A stretch of 61,596 nt of DNA, counting the filler, from an uncultured bacterium (GTDB lineage Bacteria > Latescibacterota > UBA2968): NCBI GenBank assembly GCA_964471275.1. It is 3 parts of 3 records of this genome, joined end to end, with 100 filler letters (N's around TTAATTAATTAA, not from the genome) between each part and the next. Parts side by side here need not be neighbours in the genome. Positions count along the whole stretch, not along the records: positions 1 to 20,664 come from CAYYGZ010000061.1; 2 more parts are not named here. One strand, written 5' to 3'. Below the pieces are notes generated by a model. That model was given only the letters and a program-made list of their open reading frames with translations, made no database searches and was not told the DNA's origin. Positions 1-8,063 of this stretch are shown one piece after another. Each line of letters opens with the position of its first letter. Position 1 is the stretch's first letter. A program made the translations under genes and the position numbers.

Positions 1-572
1 ATTGCGGATTCACATCCGGCCGTTCGCGCGAGATGGATGTCCGCTGTGCAGTCGATGAAGGCTGTCGCTTCGACTGTGATAGGGCCATCCGGCGTGTCAA
101 CGTCGATGGAATCGATTCTGCCTGCGGAGCGGATAACGTTAGTGAAGGTGCCGGAGAGGAGAAGCTCGCATCCGGACGATCTGATGGTGTCGAGCATTAC
201 TGTGTTCAAGGCACTGGGCTCGAATACGACAGCCGTGCCGCACCGTCGGCTCAAGGTCAGACGATAATCGGTATAGGCCGATCGATCGTAGATCCCCCAA
301 GGCCGGTCCGGATGATATTTTTCGGTCCGCGTCTGGATCGTTACCGCGTCGGGAAGGGCCCGCAGCTTCTCATAGAGTTCAGACGGCAGCCCGGTTGCTC
401 CCGCGACCGGCTCGTAGTTATTCACCCCAGCTCGCTTGCTCGTACCACCGAGCCCTGATGATGCCTCGATCAGAAGCGTTCTGGCACCGTGGCGGGCAGC
501 AGAAACCGCAGCACCAACACCCCCGCTGCCACCGCCAACGACACAAACATCTGGTTTGTGAATTTTGCTCAA
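1..572 (-). CDS. FAD-dependent oxidoreductase (N-terminal part; runs off window start)
   Basis: Not in the ORF track. Manual minus-strand translation from TTG at 572 gives MSKIHKPDVCVVGGGSGGVGAAVSAARHGARTLLIE...FIDCTAD, with a GxGxxG Rossmann motif and a DxTxD motif. The frame is open to position 1. Confidence 0.85.
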   Translation of the reverse strand, partial: MSKIHKPDVCVVGGGSGGVGAAVSAARHGARTLLIEASSGLGGTSKRAGVNNYEPVAGATGLPSELYEKLRALPDAVTIQTRTEKYHPDRPWGIYDRSAYTDYRLTLSRRCGTAVVFEPSALNTVMLDTIRSSGCELLLSGTFTNVIRSAGRIDSIDVDTPDGPITVEATAFIDCTADIHLARTAGCESA

Positions 573-671
573 GTAATTGTAAAATTTGAAATTGCGCGAG
601 AATGTGAATTCTGTTATTGTCAACTGCGACCGCAAGATATGACTTTTTCAGATGAACACAAGGAGCGGTAA

Positions 672-1682
672 ATGGCTCGGAAGTACAATGTCTATGGCGT
701 TGGCAATGCGCTGGTGGATGTGCAATATCAGGTCAGCGAGGCATACATCGAGAGGATGGATGTCGGAATGGGGACGATGACCCTGGTCGATGAGGCCCGT
801 CAGACTGAGTTGATCGGGAACGTCGAGAACGAGCCGCTGGAGCGAGCATCGGGTGGGTCGGCCGCGAACACTGTTATCGGCGTCACGAATTTCGGCGGAT
901 CAGCCTACTACGGGTGCAAGGTCGGCACAGACGAGCCTGGGGATTTCTATCTGAATGATCTGATGGCGGCCGGTGTCGACTCCAACCCGAACAATCGCGC
1001 CGAGGGGGTCACGGGGCAGTGTGTCGTCCTCATCGGTCCCGACGGAGAGCGGAGTCTGAACACTTTCCTCGGAATCACGGCCGAATTCAGCCCGGACGAA
1101 GTTGAACCCGGAATCGTCGCGGATAGTGACATTGTCTATATCGAAGGCTATCTGCTGGCCTCGGACAGCGGATTCGAGGCCTCCCTGAGAGCACAGGAGC
1201 TTGCCAAAGCAAACAACGCGAAGGTTGCCCTAACGCTCAGCGACGTGTTCATCGTGAGTGCATTCAAGGAGCGTATCGATGAGATCTTCTGGAATGGTGT
1301 CGACCTGCTGTTCGGAAACGAAGCCGAAGCGATGGCATACACGGATCGGTCAGACGTTATCGGCGCCTGCCAGGTTCTGGGAAAGGCTGTGAAAGACTTT
1401 GCCATTACCCTGGGCAGCGAGGGTGTTCTGGTGACAGAGGGCGGGAACGTGAAGACCGTTGACGGGATGCCAGTGGACGTGGTCGACACAAATGGTGCAG
1501 GCGATGCCTTTGCGGGGACGTTTCTCTACGGTGTTACGAATGGGTATTCACCCACGGATGCCGGGAAGCTCGGGTGCTACGCTGGATCGCAGGTGGTGTC
1601 GAAGTTTGGGCCGCGACTGGGGCAGGATATGAGTGGGAAAATCGGGGAGATTCTGGCAAGTGGCAAGAGGGAGTCGGTGTGA
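672..1682 (+). CDS. PfkB-family carbohydrate/adenosine kinase
   Basis: GNALVD, GGSAANT and the DTNGAGDAF PfkB signature. AAGGAG RBS upstream. Confidence 0.92.
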   Translation: MARKYNVYGVGNALVDVQYQVSEAYIERMDVGMGTMTLVDEARQTELIGNVENEPLERASGGSAANTVIGVTNFGGSAYYGCKVGTDEPGDFYLNDLMAAGVDSNPNNRAEGVTGQCVVLIGPDGERSLNTFLGITAEFSPDEVEPGIVADSDIVYIEGYLLASDSGFEASLRAQELAKANNAKVALTLSDVFIVSAFKERIDEIFWNGVDLLFGNEAEAMAYTDRSDVIGACQVLGKAVKDFAITLGSEGVLVTEGGNVKTVDGMPVDVVDTNGAGDAFAGTFLYGVTNGYSPTDAGKLGCYAGSQVVSKFGPRLGQDMSGKIGEILASGKRESV

Positions 1683-1685
1683 GCA

Positions 1686-1805
1686 GTCATCCTGCGGGAC
1701 GGGTGACTCAGATCTGGATTATCTTCACAAAGTCCCTCCGCCTGAGCAGTTTCGGTGAGCGGGGGTGCCGGGCCCGGAGGGATTCTTCCCAGGGCTCAGG
1801 ATGAC
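1686..1805. repeat. Degenerate REP-like palindromic element between convergent genes
   Basis: Bounded by the inverted repeat GTCATCCTG...CAGGATGAC, the same ends as the element at 4595-4763. Confidence 0.65.
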
Positions 1806-1825
1806 AGGGATACTCGATGCCCTAT

Positions 1826-2866
1826 CTATATGACTTCAGGGTGTCGTCGTCCCCAGGCGTTCTGGCCAAACTTTAGGTTTCCTTCGTGAATGACCGCGTT
1901 TTCCTCGTTTGCGTGCGCGAACCAGTTGTTCCTGACCAAGATCGGCTCTTCCGGTATGCCTCGAATCATGATTGACGGCTTCCGGCACCAGAATGTGTTG
2001 TTGGCGTAAGCCACGTTCGTACCCGCAGTATCCGTCCCGTCCTTCCGGTCTCTACCTCCGTGCATGTCAAAGCAGTGACTCAGTGACGTACCCACCTCCA
2101 CGTTGTGTCTGGCGACATAGCCGCAGCCTGGGCTTCCTGTCCCTGCGATCGAGTGTCGGTTGTGGTTGAATCGATTCCGCTCGATCACACTGTGTGCAAT
2201 GCTGTGACTGACTCCGTATCCGAGGCCTTGATACTGGTTGTGATGGATGAAGTTGTGGTGGACGTGGTGGCCGGTGCCTTCGACGAGATGGATGGAAGCG
2301 TGACTCCATCCGGCGAGTTCGCAGTTGTCGACCGTCAGGTTCCCGTGATCGGTCTGGATGCCGTCGGATGTGGGGAAGCGATAGTAGTATTCGTGCCCAC
2401 GACCCTCTTTGAAACACCTCGCGTGGTGATCGAGGCTCCTTCGCGGGTTCGGGCCGGCGATTCTGAGACCCGTGACTCGAACGCCTGGACCCAGAGGGCG
2501 AATAAGCGGCTTTGTTTCGAAAGCTTCACTGGTTATGAGCGCACCGCGAGAACCGTTTCGACCTCGATCGCTCGCAAGCGTCACACCCGGTGGGATCTCA
2601 AGGACCAGCTGATTGATATACACACGTTCGGTGCACTCTAGCGTCGTGTCGCCCGGCACGAAGATGACATCGCCAGACTTGCTCGATTGCAGCGCTACCA
2701 GGAGGGCATCCAACGTGTCGACCCGCCGGGTCGGTCTCGGGTAACTCCTGTAACCTACCCCGCCCCCAATTGGACCGAAACGATCCGGCTTCGCTCCGAA
2801 GGACTTGCCTGCCAGTTGAACCGCTGTGTTCGGCAGCAGCTTCTCTCTGTGACCAAAGAGCCCCAT
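1826..2866 (-). CDS. Right-handed parallel beta-helix (pectin lyase-like) protein
   Basis: Asn-ladder repeats (VHHNFIHHN, IERNRFNHN, YANNTF, VRNNWF). Its start overlaps the stop of the upstream amidohydrolase. Confidence 0.75.
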   Translation of the reverse strand: MGLFGHREKLLPNTAVQLAGKSFGAKPDRFGPIGGGVGYRSYPRPTRRVDTLDALLVALQSSKSGDVIFVPGDTTLECTERVYINQLVLEIPPGVTLASDRGRNGSRGALITSEAFETKPLIRPLGPGVRVTGLRIAGPNPRRSLDHHARCFKEGRGHEYYYRFPTSDGIQTDHGNLTVDNCELAGWSHASIHLVEGTGHHVHHNFIHHNQYQGLGYGVSHSIAHSVIERNRFNHNRHSIAGTGSPGCGYVARHNVEVGTSLSHCFDMHGGRDRKDGTDTAGTNVAYANNTFWCRKPSIMIRGIPEEPILVRNNWFAHANEENAVIHEGNLKFGQNAWGRRHPEVI

Positions 2867-4566
2867 CAGTCCTCCAATCCTAGAATTGTGTTAGCCGATC
2901 CACAGGCGATTCGAGTAAGCAGATCCTCGTCAACTCCCAGGGTCGCAAGCTTGACGAGAGCGGAAGCTACATACGAGAAGGGCTGATGTGTGCCGAACAC
3001 GAAGTGGCCAGCACCACCTTCCTCAATCATGACCGCAAGGTCGCAATTGTTCGTCATATCCCAGTGTAGCCCGTAATGAATTTCCGCCAGCGACAGATCG
3101 ACAAACCAGTTCGCGTCACGCACATTTTGGCGACGCCACAGTTCGGAACGAGAGATTCCTCGTGCATTGTTGACGACGAATGTCGCTTCGGGAAATTGCT
3201 CGATTACATCTGCGATGACGTCGAATTCCAGATCTGATCCCGGGTCCATCCAGTGACGCTCACGGATATCCTCTATACGATGAGGGATGAAGACCGGAAG
3301 CCCGGCGGACACAATCGCTTCGACAAGAGCCGTGCCTACCGGTCCGTTCAGGCGATAGCCCTGAATCTGGGGCGCCAACCGGATTCCTCGTGCGCCGGCA
3401 TCCAAACAGCGAGCCAGATCCTGTTCCCACTTGGGATATGTCGGCGAGACCGTGGGCAGCGGGATCAACCTGTCACGGTGCTCCTCCGTATCAGCGAAGA
3501 GCCGATCGTTGGCGGGTTGGGCGTTGCGGTGGTAGGAGGCCTCGATCGACGAAACGGCAGCTCTTGCGATCCCGAAGCGATCCATGCGCGCGAGCAGCAG
3601 TGCGGGCGTGGCGGTTACGGAGCGGAACGGGTATGACCCGAGCCAGGCGTTGAGATCCGTAAGGCCCTTCCCCGGAGTATCGCCTCCCCAGTCGGGTAGT
3701 GAGTAGGGAGTCGTGTCCCTCATCTCGCCAGCCTGTAAAGATCTCTTGACGACCGCATCCGTGCTGGGACGTGTTGGACTGATGCCCTGGGCGTTCAGGA
3801 TACGTTCGGCGTTGCCCCACCAGATCAGCTTGCGCTCCTCGTCGGTGATGTCGGCCTCGATGACCTTTCCGACACAGCCAGCCATCGTGCCGTCGGTTCC
3901 GAAGAGGATACGCTCCGCGCCAAGCTCCTCGACGCCGAACCCGACCTGATCGTAGTCCAGGTTGCTGCCGCTGATGTCGATGTAGAGGTTTGGTGATCCA
4001 TCCCGCATTGCCCGGATGGTGTATTCCCAGTCGCCGCCGCCGCCAACGTGGGCGTGATACATAATTGCATCAGGATACCGTTCGTTGGCTTCGGCAAAGT
4101 GGATGCCGTGCGAGATCAAGGGCTGACCGGCTTTGTGGTCGGTGACAGGCGCTCCTGCGTGTTCCAGGATAGGTACCTGACGCTCTACGGCGAGCTCGAT
4201 GATGGGGCGTACGATGGGGTCGTTAATGCGGTATTGGTTGTAGAGTTTGATGCCGATCATACCGGCATCCAGACATCGCTCGATTTCGGCGATCGCGTCG
4301 GGACCGGGAATGGCGAAACAGAAGCCCCGGATCCGGTCAGGGTGACGTTTCATGGCCGATAGGACTGCTTTGTTCTCGGCACGTACGGCTTCGATCGGCT
4401 TCAGACGACCACCGACAATGGGAGACGAGGACCATGTCTCGGTGATGCCGAGCCGGTCGGAACAGGAGACAAGCAGGTCGGATGATGCGGCCCAATCGTC
4501 AGAGCGGAAGACGTGGCTGTGGACGTCGATCTTGGGGGTCAGCAGGCCTCGTTGGATTTTTATCAT
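2866..4566 (-). CDS. Amidohydrolase_2-family protein with two tandem TIM-barrel domains
   Basis: Domain 1 has IDVHSH, GIKL, HAHVGG and RILFGTD. Domain 2 has DLNAWLG, GIRL and FVFGTH. Confidence 0.85.
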   Translation of the reverse strand: MIKIQRGLLTPKIDVHSHVFRSDDWAASSDLLVSCSDRLGITETWSSSPIVGGRLKPIEAVRAENKAVLSAMKRHPDRIRGFCFAIPGPDAIAEIERCLDAGMIGIKLYNQYRINDPIVRPIIELAVERQVPILEHAGAPVTDHKAGQPLISHGIHFAEANERYPDAIMYHAHVGGGGDWEYTIRAMRDGSPNLYIDISGSNLDYDQVGFGVEELGAERILFGTDGTMAGCVGKVIEADITDEERKLIWWGNAERILNAQGISPTRPSTDAVVKRSLQAGEMRDTTPYSLPDWGGDTPGKGLTDLNAWLGSYPFRSVTATPALLLARMDRFGIARAAVSSIEASYHRNAQPANDRLFADTEEHRDRLIPLPTVSPTYPKWEQDLARCLDAGARGIRLAPQIQGYRLNGPVGTALVEAIVSAGLPVFIPHRIEDIRERHWMDPGSDLEFDVIADVIEQFPEATFVVNNARGISRSELWRRQNVRDANWFVDLSLAEIHYGLHWDMTNNCDLAVMIEEGGAGHFVFGTHQPFSYVASALVKLATLGVDEDLLTRIACGSANTILGLED

Positions 4567-4594
4567 TTCAGTTCACTCGGTTCATTTCGATTTA

Positions 4595-4763
4595 CGTCAT
4601 CCTGAGCGTCAGCGAAGGATCTCGGCGCCTGCGCCGAGCGCAACCGAGGCGAGTTCGTGTTATTGTTCATAGAAAGATGGTCAGTCGTGTCCGAAAGAGG
4701 TGGGGGATCAGACGAGATGGTTCAGAACAGGGAGAGATCCTTCACCTTCGGTGCAGGATGACG
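4595..4763. repeat. CGTC-ended REP-like palindromic element with a nested mini-repeat
   Basis: Left arm CGTCATCCTGAGCGTCAGCGAAGGATCTC and right arm GAGATCCTTCACCTTCGGTGCAGGATGACG are complementary at both ends. Confidence 0.8.
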
Positions 4764-4783
4764 GGTGTACGGGTCGGGATGGT

Positions 4784-6418
4784 CTATGACACTCTGAAAG
4801 TCGCCACGCGTTCTTCGCTTTCCTTGTAGCCGATCCGGATGGCTTTGGCACGCACGGTATGCTCTCCCGGCGGTAGTCTCAGCGGGCCGGAGTAGAGCTT
4901 CCAGTGGACGTCTTCACCTCGTTCAAGCGTGTAGCCGATCGAAGCGCCCTGTGTCCCGACATGCATCTGCAGAAGCATCGGTGCCGTATATGCGCCTCCG
5001 GTTGGCGCCGACTCGTCGCCGATGTGCCCGGGGTCGATTGGGATAAATGTCGGTATACCGGTCGTCGGCTGTTCCTTGTTGGGCCAGCGACTGTCGACCA
5101 TCTCGTCCTCGGACAGGTCCCCCGCATCACCCACATCCTCTCGCCACGCGTCCATTTCCTGTCGCATCCGGTTCAGTATTGTCCAGTGTGCACGGTCCTC
5201 GGCGAGATTATCTATCTCCCACGGATCGTTCTCGGTGTCATAAAGCTCTTCTGGTGGTCGCGTCGACTGCATCATCAGTTTCTGAGAGCCCTCGAGCGCG
5301 TCTTCCCGATGTAGACGCCACATTTCCTGAAGCATGGGATGTCGGTTACTGTAAGGAATCCAGAGGAGATACGGCTTCTCAGGACAGAAATTCCGGATGT
5401 ACTTATACCGGCTGTCCCTGACCGCGCGGACCATGTCGTAGGCCTCATCGTGGCGATCCCGAGCTGCGTATACATACTCGCGCTCAACGGCCACATCGCC
5501 CAGGAATGGCTGTCCCTGGATGTGTGTGGGGATGGGTACACCAGCGAGTGACAGCAAGGTCGGACCGAGGTCGATCATGCTGACCAGGTCTGCTGAGACT
5601 TCACCGGCTTCGATCGTTCCCGGCCACCGGACGATGAGTGGCACATTGATGCCTCGGTCGTAGGGCCAGCGTTTGCCTCTGGGAAGTCCCTCGCCGTGAT
5701 CGCTCCAGATGAAGACAATCGTGTTGTCGGCGAGTCCATCCTCCTCCAGCTGAGTGAGGATGTCGCCCACGATCTTGTCCGAGCGCTCCAGGTTGTCGTA
5801 TTGGCGCGCGAGCGCGACACGACAGGGCTCGGTATCCGGAACATACGGGGGTAGCTCGACATCATCCGGATCCGTATCGAGATCCGAACGTCTCCCCGTG
5901 CCCATGTATGCAGCGTCCGTCTTCCGGAATTCCTCGTCCCACATGCCACTTTCGTGCGTTAGCGTCGGGTTGAAAACTGCGAAGAAGGGCTGGTCAGGAC
6001 TTGCGCGGTTCCGCCAGTGCCCGTGGTTTCCGAGCTCGTCCCAGGCGGTGAAGGGCGGCGTAAACTGATAGTCCGTCTTTGAGTTGTTTGTGCAGAAATA
6101 GCCGTTCGCCCTCAGGTATTCTGTGAATGTCTTTACGTAGTGTGCAGGGACGCCTGAATAAGGGGTCGGGAGCTCGGGTGAATTGGGGTTGGTGTGAGAC
6201 GTGCGCATGTGGTGCGTGCCCATCGATGTCTGGTAGACCCCCGTGATGATGGCCGAGCGACTGGGCGCACAGACTCCGGCTGTGGAGAAGGCGTGCGTAT
6301 AGCGTCGGCCTTCACCGGCCAGGCTGTCGAGGTTCGGTGTGCGTGCAACCGTGTCGCCATAGCAGCCGAACCGCGGACTCGTGTCTTCAAGCGATATCCA
6401 GAGGAAATTCGGTTTCAT
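4784..6418 (-). CDS. Sulfatase (Cys-type) with C-terminal Fn3/chitobiase-like beta domain
   Basis: MKPNFLWISLED start, CAPSR formylglycine motif, SDHG and PPEELYD. Start revised to the ATG at 6418. Confidence 0.93.
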   Translation of the reverse strand: MKPNFLWISLEDTSPRFGCYGDTVARTPNLDSLAGEGRRYTHAFSTAGVCAPSRSAIITGVYQTSMGTHHMRTSHTNPNSPELPTPYSGVPAHYVKTFTEYLRANGYFCTNNSKTDYQFTPPFTAWDELGNHGHWRNRASPDQPFFAVFNPTLTHESGMWDEEFRKTDAAYMGTGRRSDLDTDPDDVELPPYVPDTEPCRVALARQYDNLERSDKIVGDILTQLEEDGLADNTIVFIWSDHGEGLPRGKRWPYDRGINVPLIVRWPGTIEAGEVSADLVSMIDLGPTLLSLAGVPIPTHIQGQPFLGDVAVEREYVYAARDRHDEAYDMVRAVRDSRYKYIRNFCPEKPYLLWIPYSNRHPMLQEMWRLHREDALEGSQKLMMQSTRPPEELYDTENDPWEIDNLAEDRAHWTILNRMRQEMDAWREDVGDAGDLSEDEMVDSRWPNKEQPTTGIPTFIPIDPGHIGDESAPTGGAYTAPMLLQMHVGTQGASIGYTLERGEDVHWKLYSGPLRLPPGEHTVRAKAIRIGYKESEERVATFRVS

Positions 6419-6473
6419 TGTTCTGTCCTTGCGAGCGAATAGCCGCCACGACGTGCGGAAAGGGGTCCCGTGA

Positions 6474-7580
6474 TCAGGTACTCTCTGGTGTCCAGAGCGT
6501 CGCGCCAATGTAGCGTTCTCCCTCGGGCGTGTCGTTCCAGTAGTAGCAGGTGACGACCTGGCCATCGGCATTCTGAACGGTTCGCGGGTAGCCGATGTCG
6601 GGATTCCCTCCTCCCATCCTCAGGACGATCTGGTCAGACCACGACGATCCGTTATCCCTGCTGAGCTGGGCGTAGATGTTGAAGGGATCTGCCCGGTAGC
6701 CATATATCAAGCAGATCCTGCCATCTGCGAGCCGGGTCAGGGTGGGAGGGTTTCCCCCGCTCCCCGTGTCTTCAACCGGTGTGTTCAGGTGCATCCAGCT
6801 TCCGCCGTTGTCGGTCGATTTCCAGACGTCGATCCAGTGTCGCGATGTCTGGAAATCCTCAAGCCGTTCACAGCAGCGTATGGCGACGATGATGTTTTTG
6901 TCTGATACACGCAGGCTTGCCGGCATAATGTTGAAGCCCTGCGGCTCTGGACCGACGAATGAGAGGAAGTCGAAGGACGTGCCCCCATCTGTGGATCGAG
7001 AGGCAAAGACACGTCCTTCCTTGCCGTTGGCCTTGTTCGCGGTCAGAAAGAGGGTGCAGGTTTGGTTGTTGTCGATGAGGTAATCGGTTCGCGCGGCGAT
7101 TCCCGTCTGGCCGTATGTGGGGAGGGCATAGGGGCCCTGCCAGGTATGGCAGCGATCGTTCGATGTGTAGAAGAACGAGGAACAACCCTCTCTGAGTCCC
7201 GTCTTTGCACACATAAGGGCGAAGTCGGGATGGGTGAAGTCGATGCCGCCGGGACACGGCCGAGGCGCGTCTTCCCCGTCCAACGCAGACCCGACCTTGT
7301 GGACGTCCTCAACGTGTTCGTCTGCAGACAGACCCTTGCCGCCCGGAGACTTCAGATCCGGATCCGTAATCTCCCACGTGCGGCCGCCGTCCATACTGCG
7401 TGCCTGCTTGGTGACAAAGGGTCTCGACTTGTCGCGTGCGTGGAATCCGCCGGCCAGGTCTATGTAGCCCAGCGTGAAGCTCAAGACGATTTCGTTTCCC
7501 CACGACCAGATGCCGTAGTTGGCGGGCCAGCCGGCAAAGCGACCGGGTTCGCGGTAGATCTCGATGTGGTCTACATTCAT
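6474..7580 (-). CDS. BNR/Asp-box (sialidase-fold) beta-propeller protein
   Basis: Asp-boxes SMDGGRTW, STDGGTSF, STDNGGSW and SRDNGSSW, plus a C-terminal DIGYP. Start taken as the ATG at 7580. Confidence 0.85.
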   Translation of the reverse strand: MNVDHIEIYREPGRFAGWPANYGIWSWGNEIVLSFTLGYIDLAGGFHARDKSRPFVTKQARSMDGGRTWEITDPDLKSPGGKGLSADEHVEDVHKVGSALDGEDAPRPCPGGIDFTHPDFALMCAKTGLREGCSSFFYTSNDRCHTWQGPYALPTYGQTGIAARTDYLIDNNQTCTLFLTANKANGKEGRVFASRSTDGGTSFDFLSFVGPEPQGFNIMPASLRVSDKNIIVAIRCCERLEDFQTSRHWIDVWKSTDNGGSWMHLNTPVEDTGSGGNPPTLTRLADGRICLIYGYRADPFNIYAQLSRDNGSSWSDQIVLRMGGGNPDIGYPRTVQNADGQVVTCYYWNDTPEGERYIGATLWTPEST

Positions 7581-7900
7581 GTGCCACTCTCCGGGATATG
7601 TTCGACGGATCCCATCCAGAATCCAATGCGTTCGCGGTTCCACGTGTATGTGATTGCCATACCTACTCGTGTTGGGACGATGGCAGGGCAGGAGTGGTTT
7701 CCATCATCCGTATCGATATCGAGGCGGCGTGACCACATCTTCTCAGTTCCGACAGGTCATCGCGACGCGATTCACGATTGATCGTCCAACCCTGGGGTTC
7801 GGTCCCGGAGTCCGTCTTCGCTACATTCTCGACGGACAATTCGCGCGGCCGCACCCCCGGCTAGTGGCGGTCGTCCCGTTCCGGGGCTGAGACCGATCCA
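7577..7900 (-). pseudogene. Decayed 3' remnant of a second BNR/sialidase-family gene
   Basis: 7744-7577 reads EKMWSRRLDIDTDDGNHSCPAIVPTRVGMAITYTWNRERIGFW...*, like a BNR_2 C-terminus (YSYPAI...ITYTWNR). Its TGA overlaps the next ATG. The upstream part is broken by stops and frameshifts, and the left boundary is approximate. Confidence 0.65.
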
Positions 7901-8063
7901 GATTCGTGGCCGTGTAATCAACGGTGTGTAGAGGATGCAGCGATCCCAAATTAACCTTACATGCTGGCTCCATGTGTCAACACCATTGTGACACTGGGCA
8001 CTCCGGCTCCGTGTATGTTTGCTCCCTTGGAATGACGTTGGTCGGTTTGTTGAAACGCTCAGG

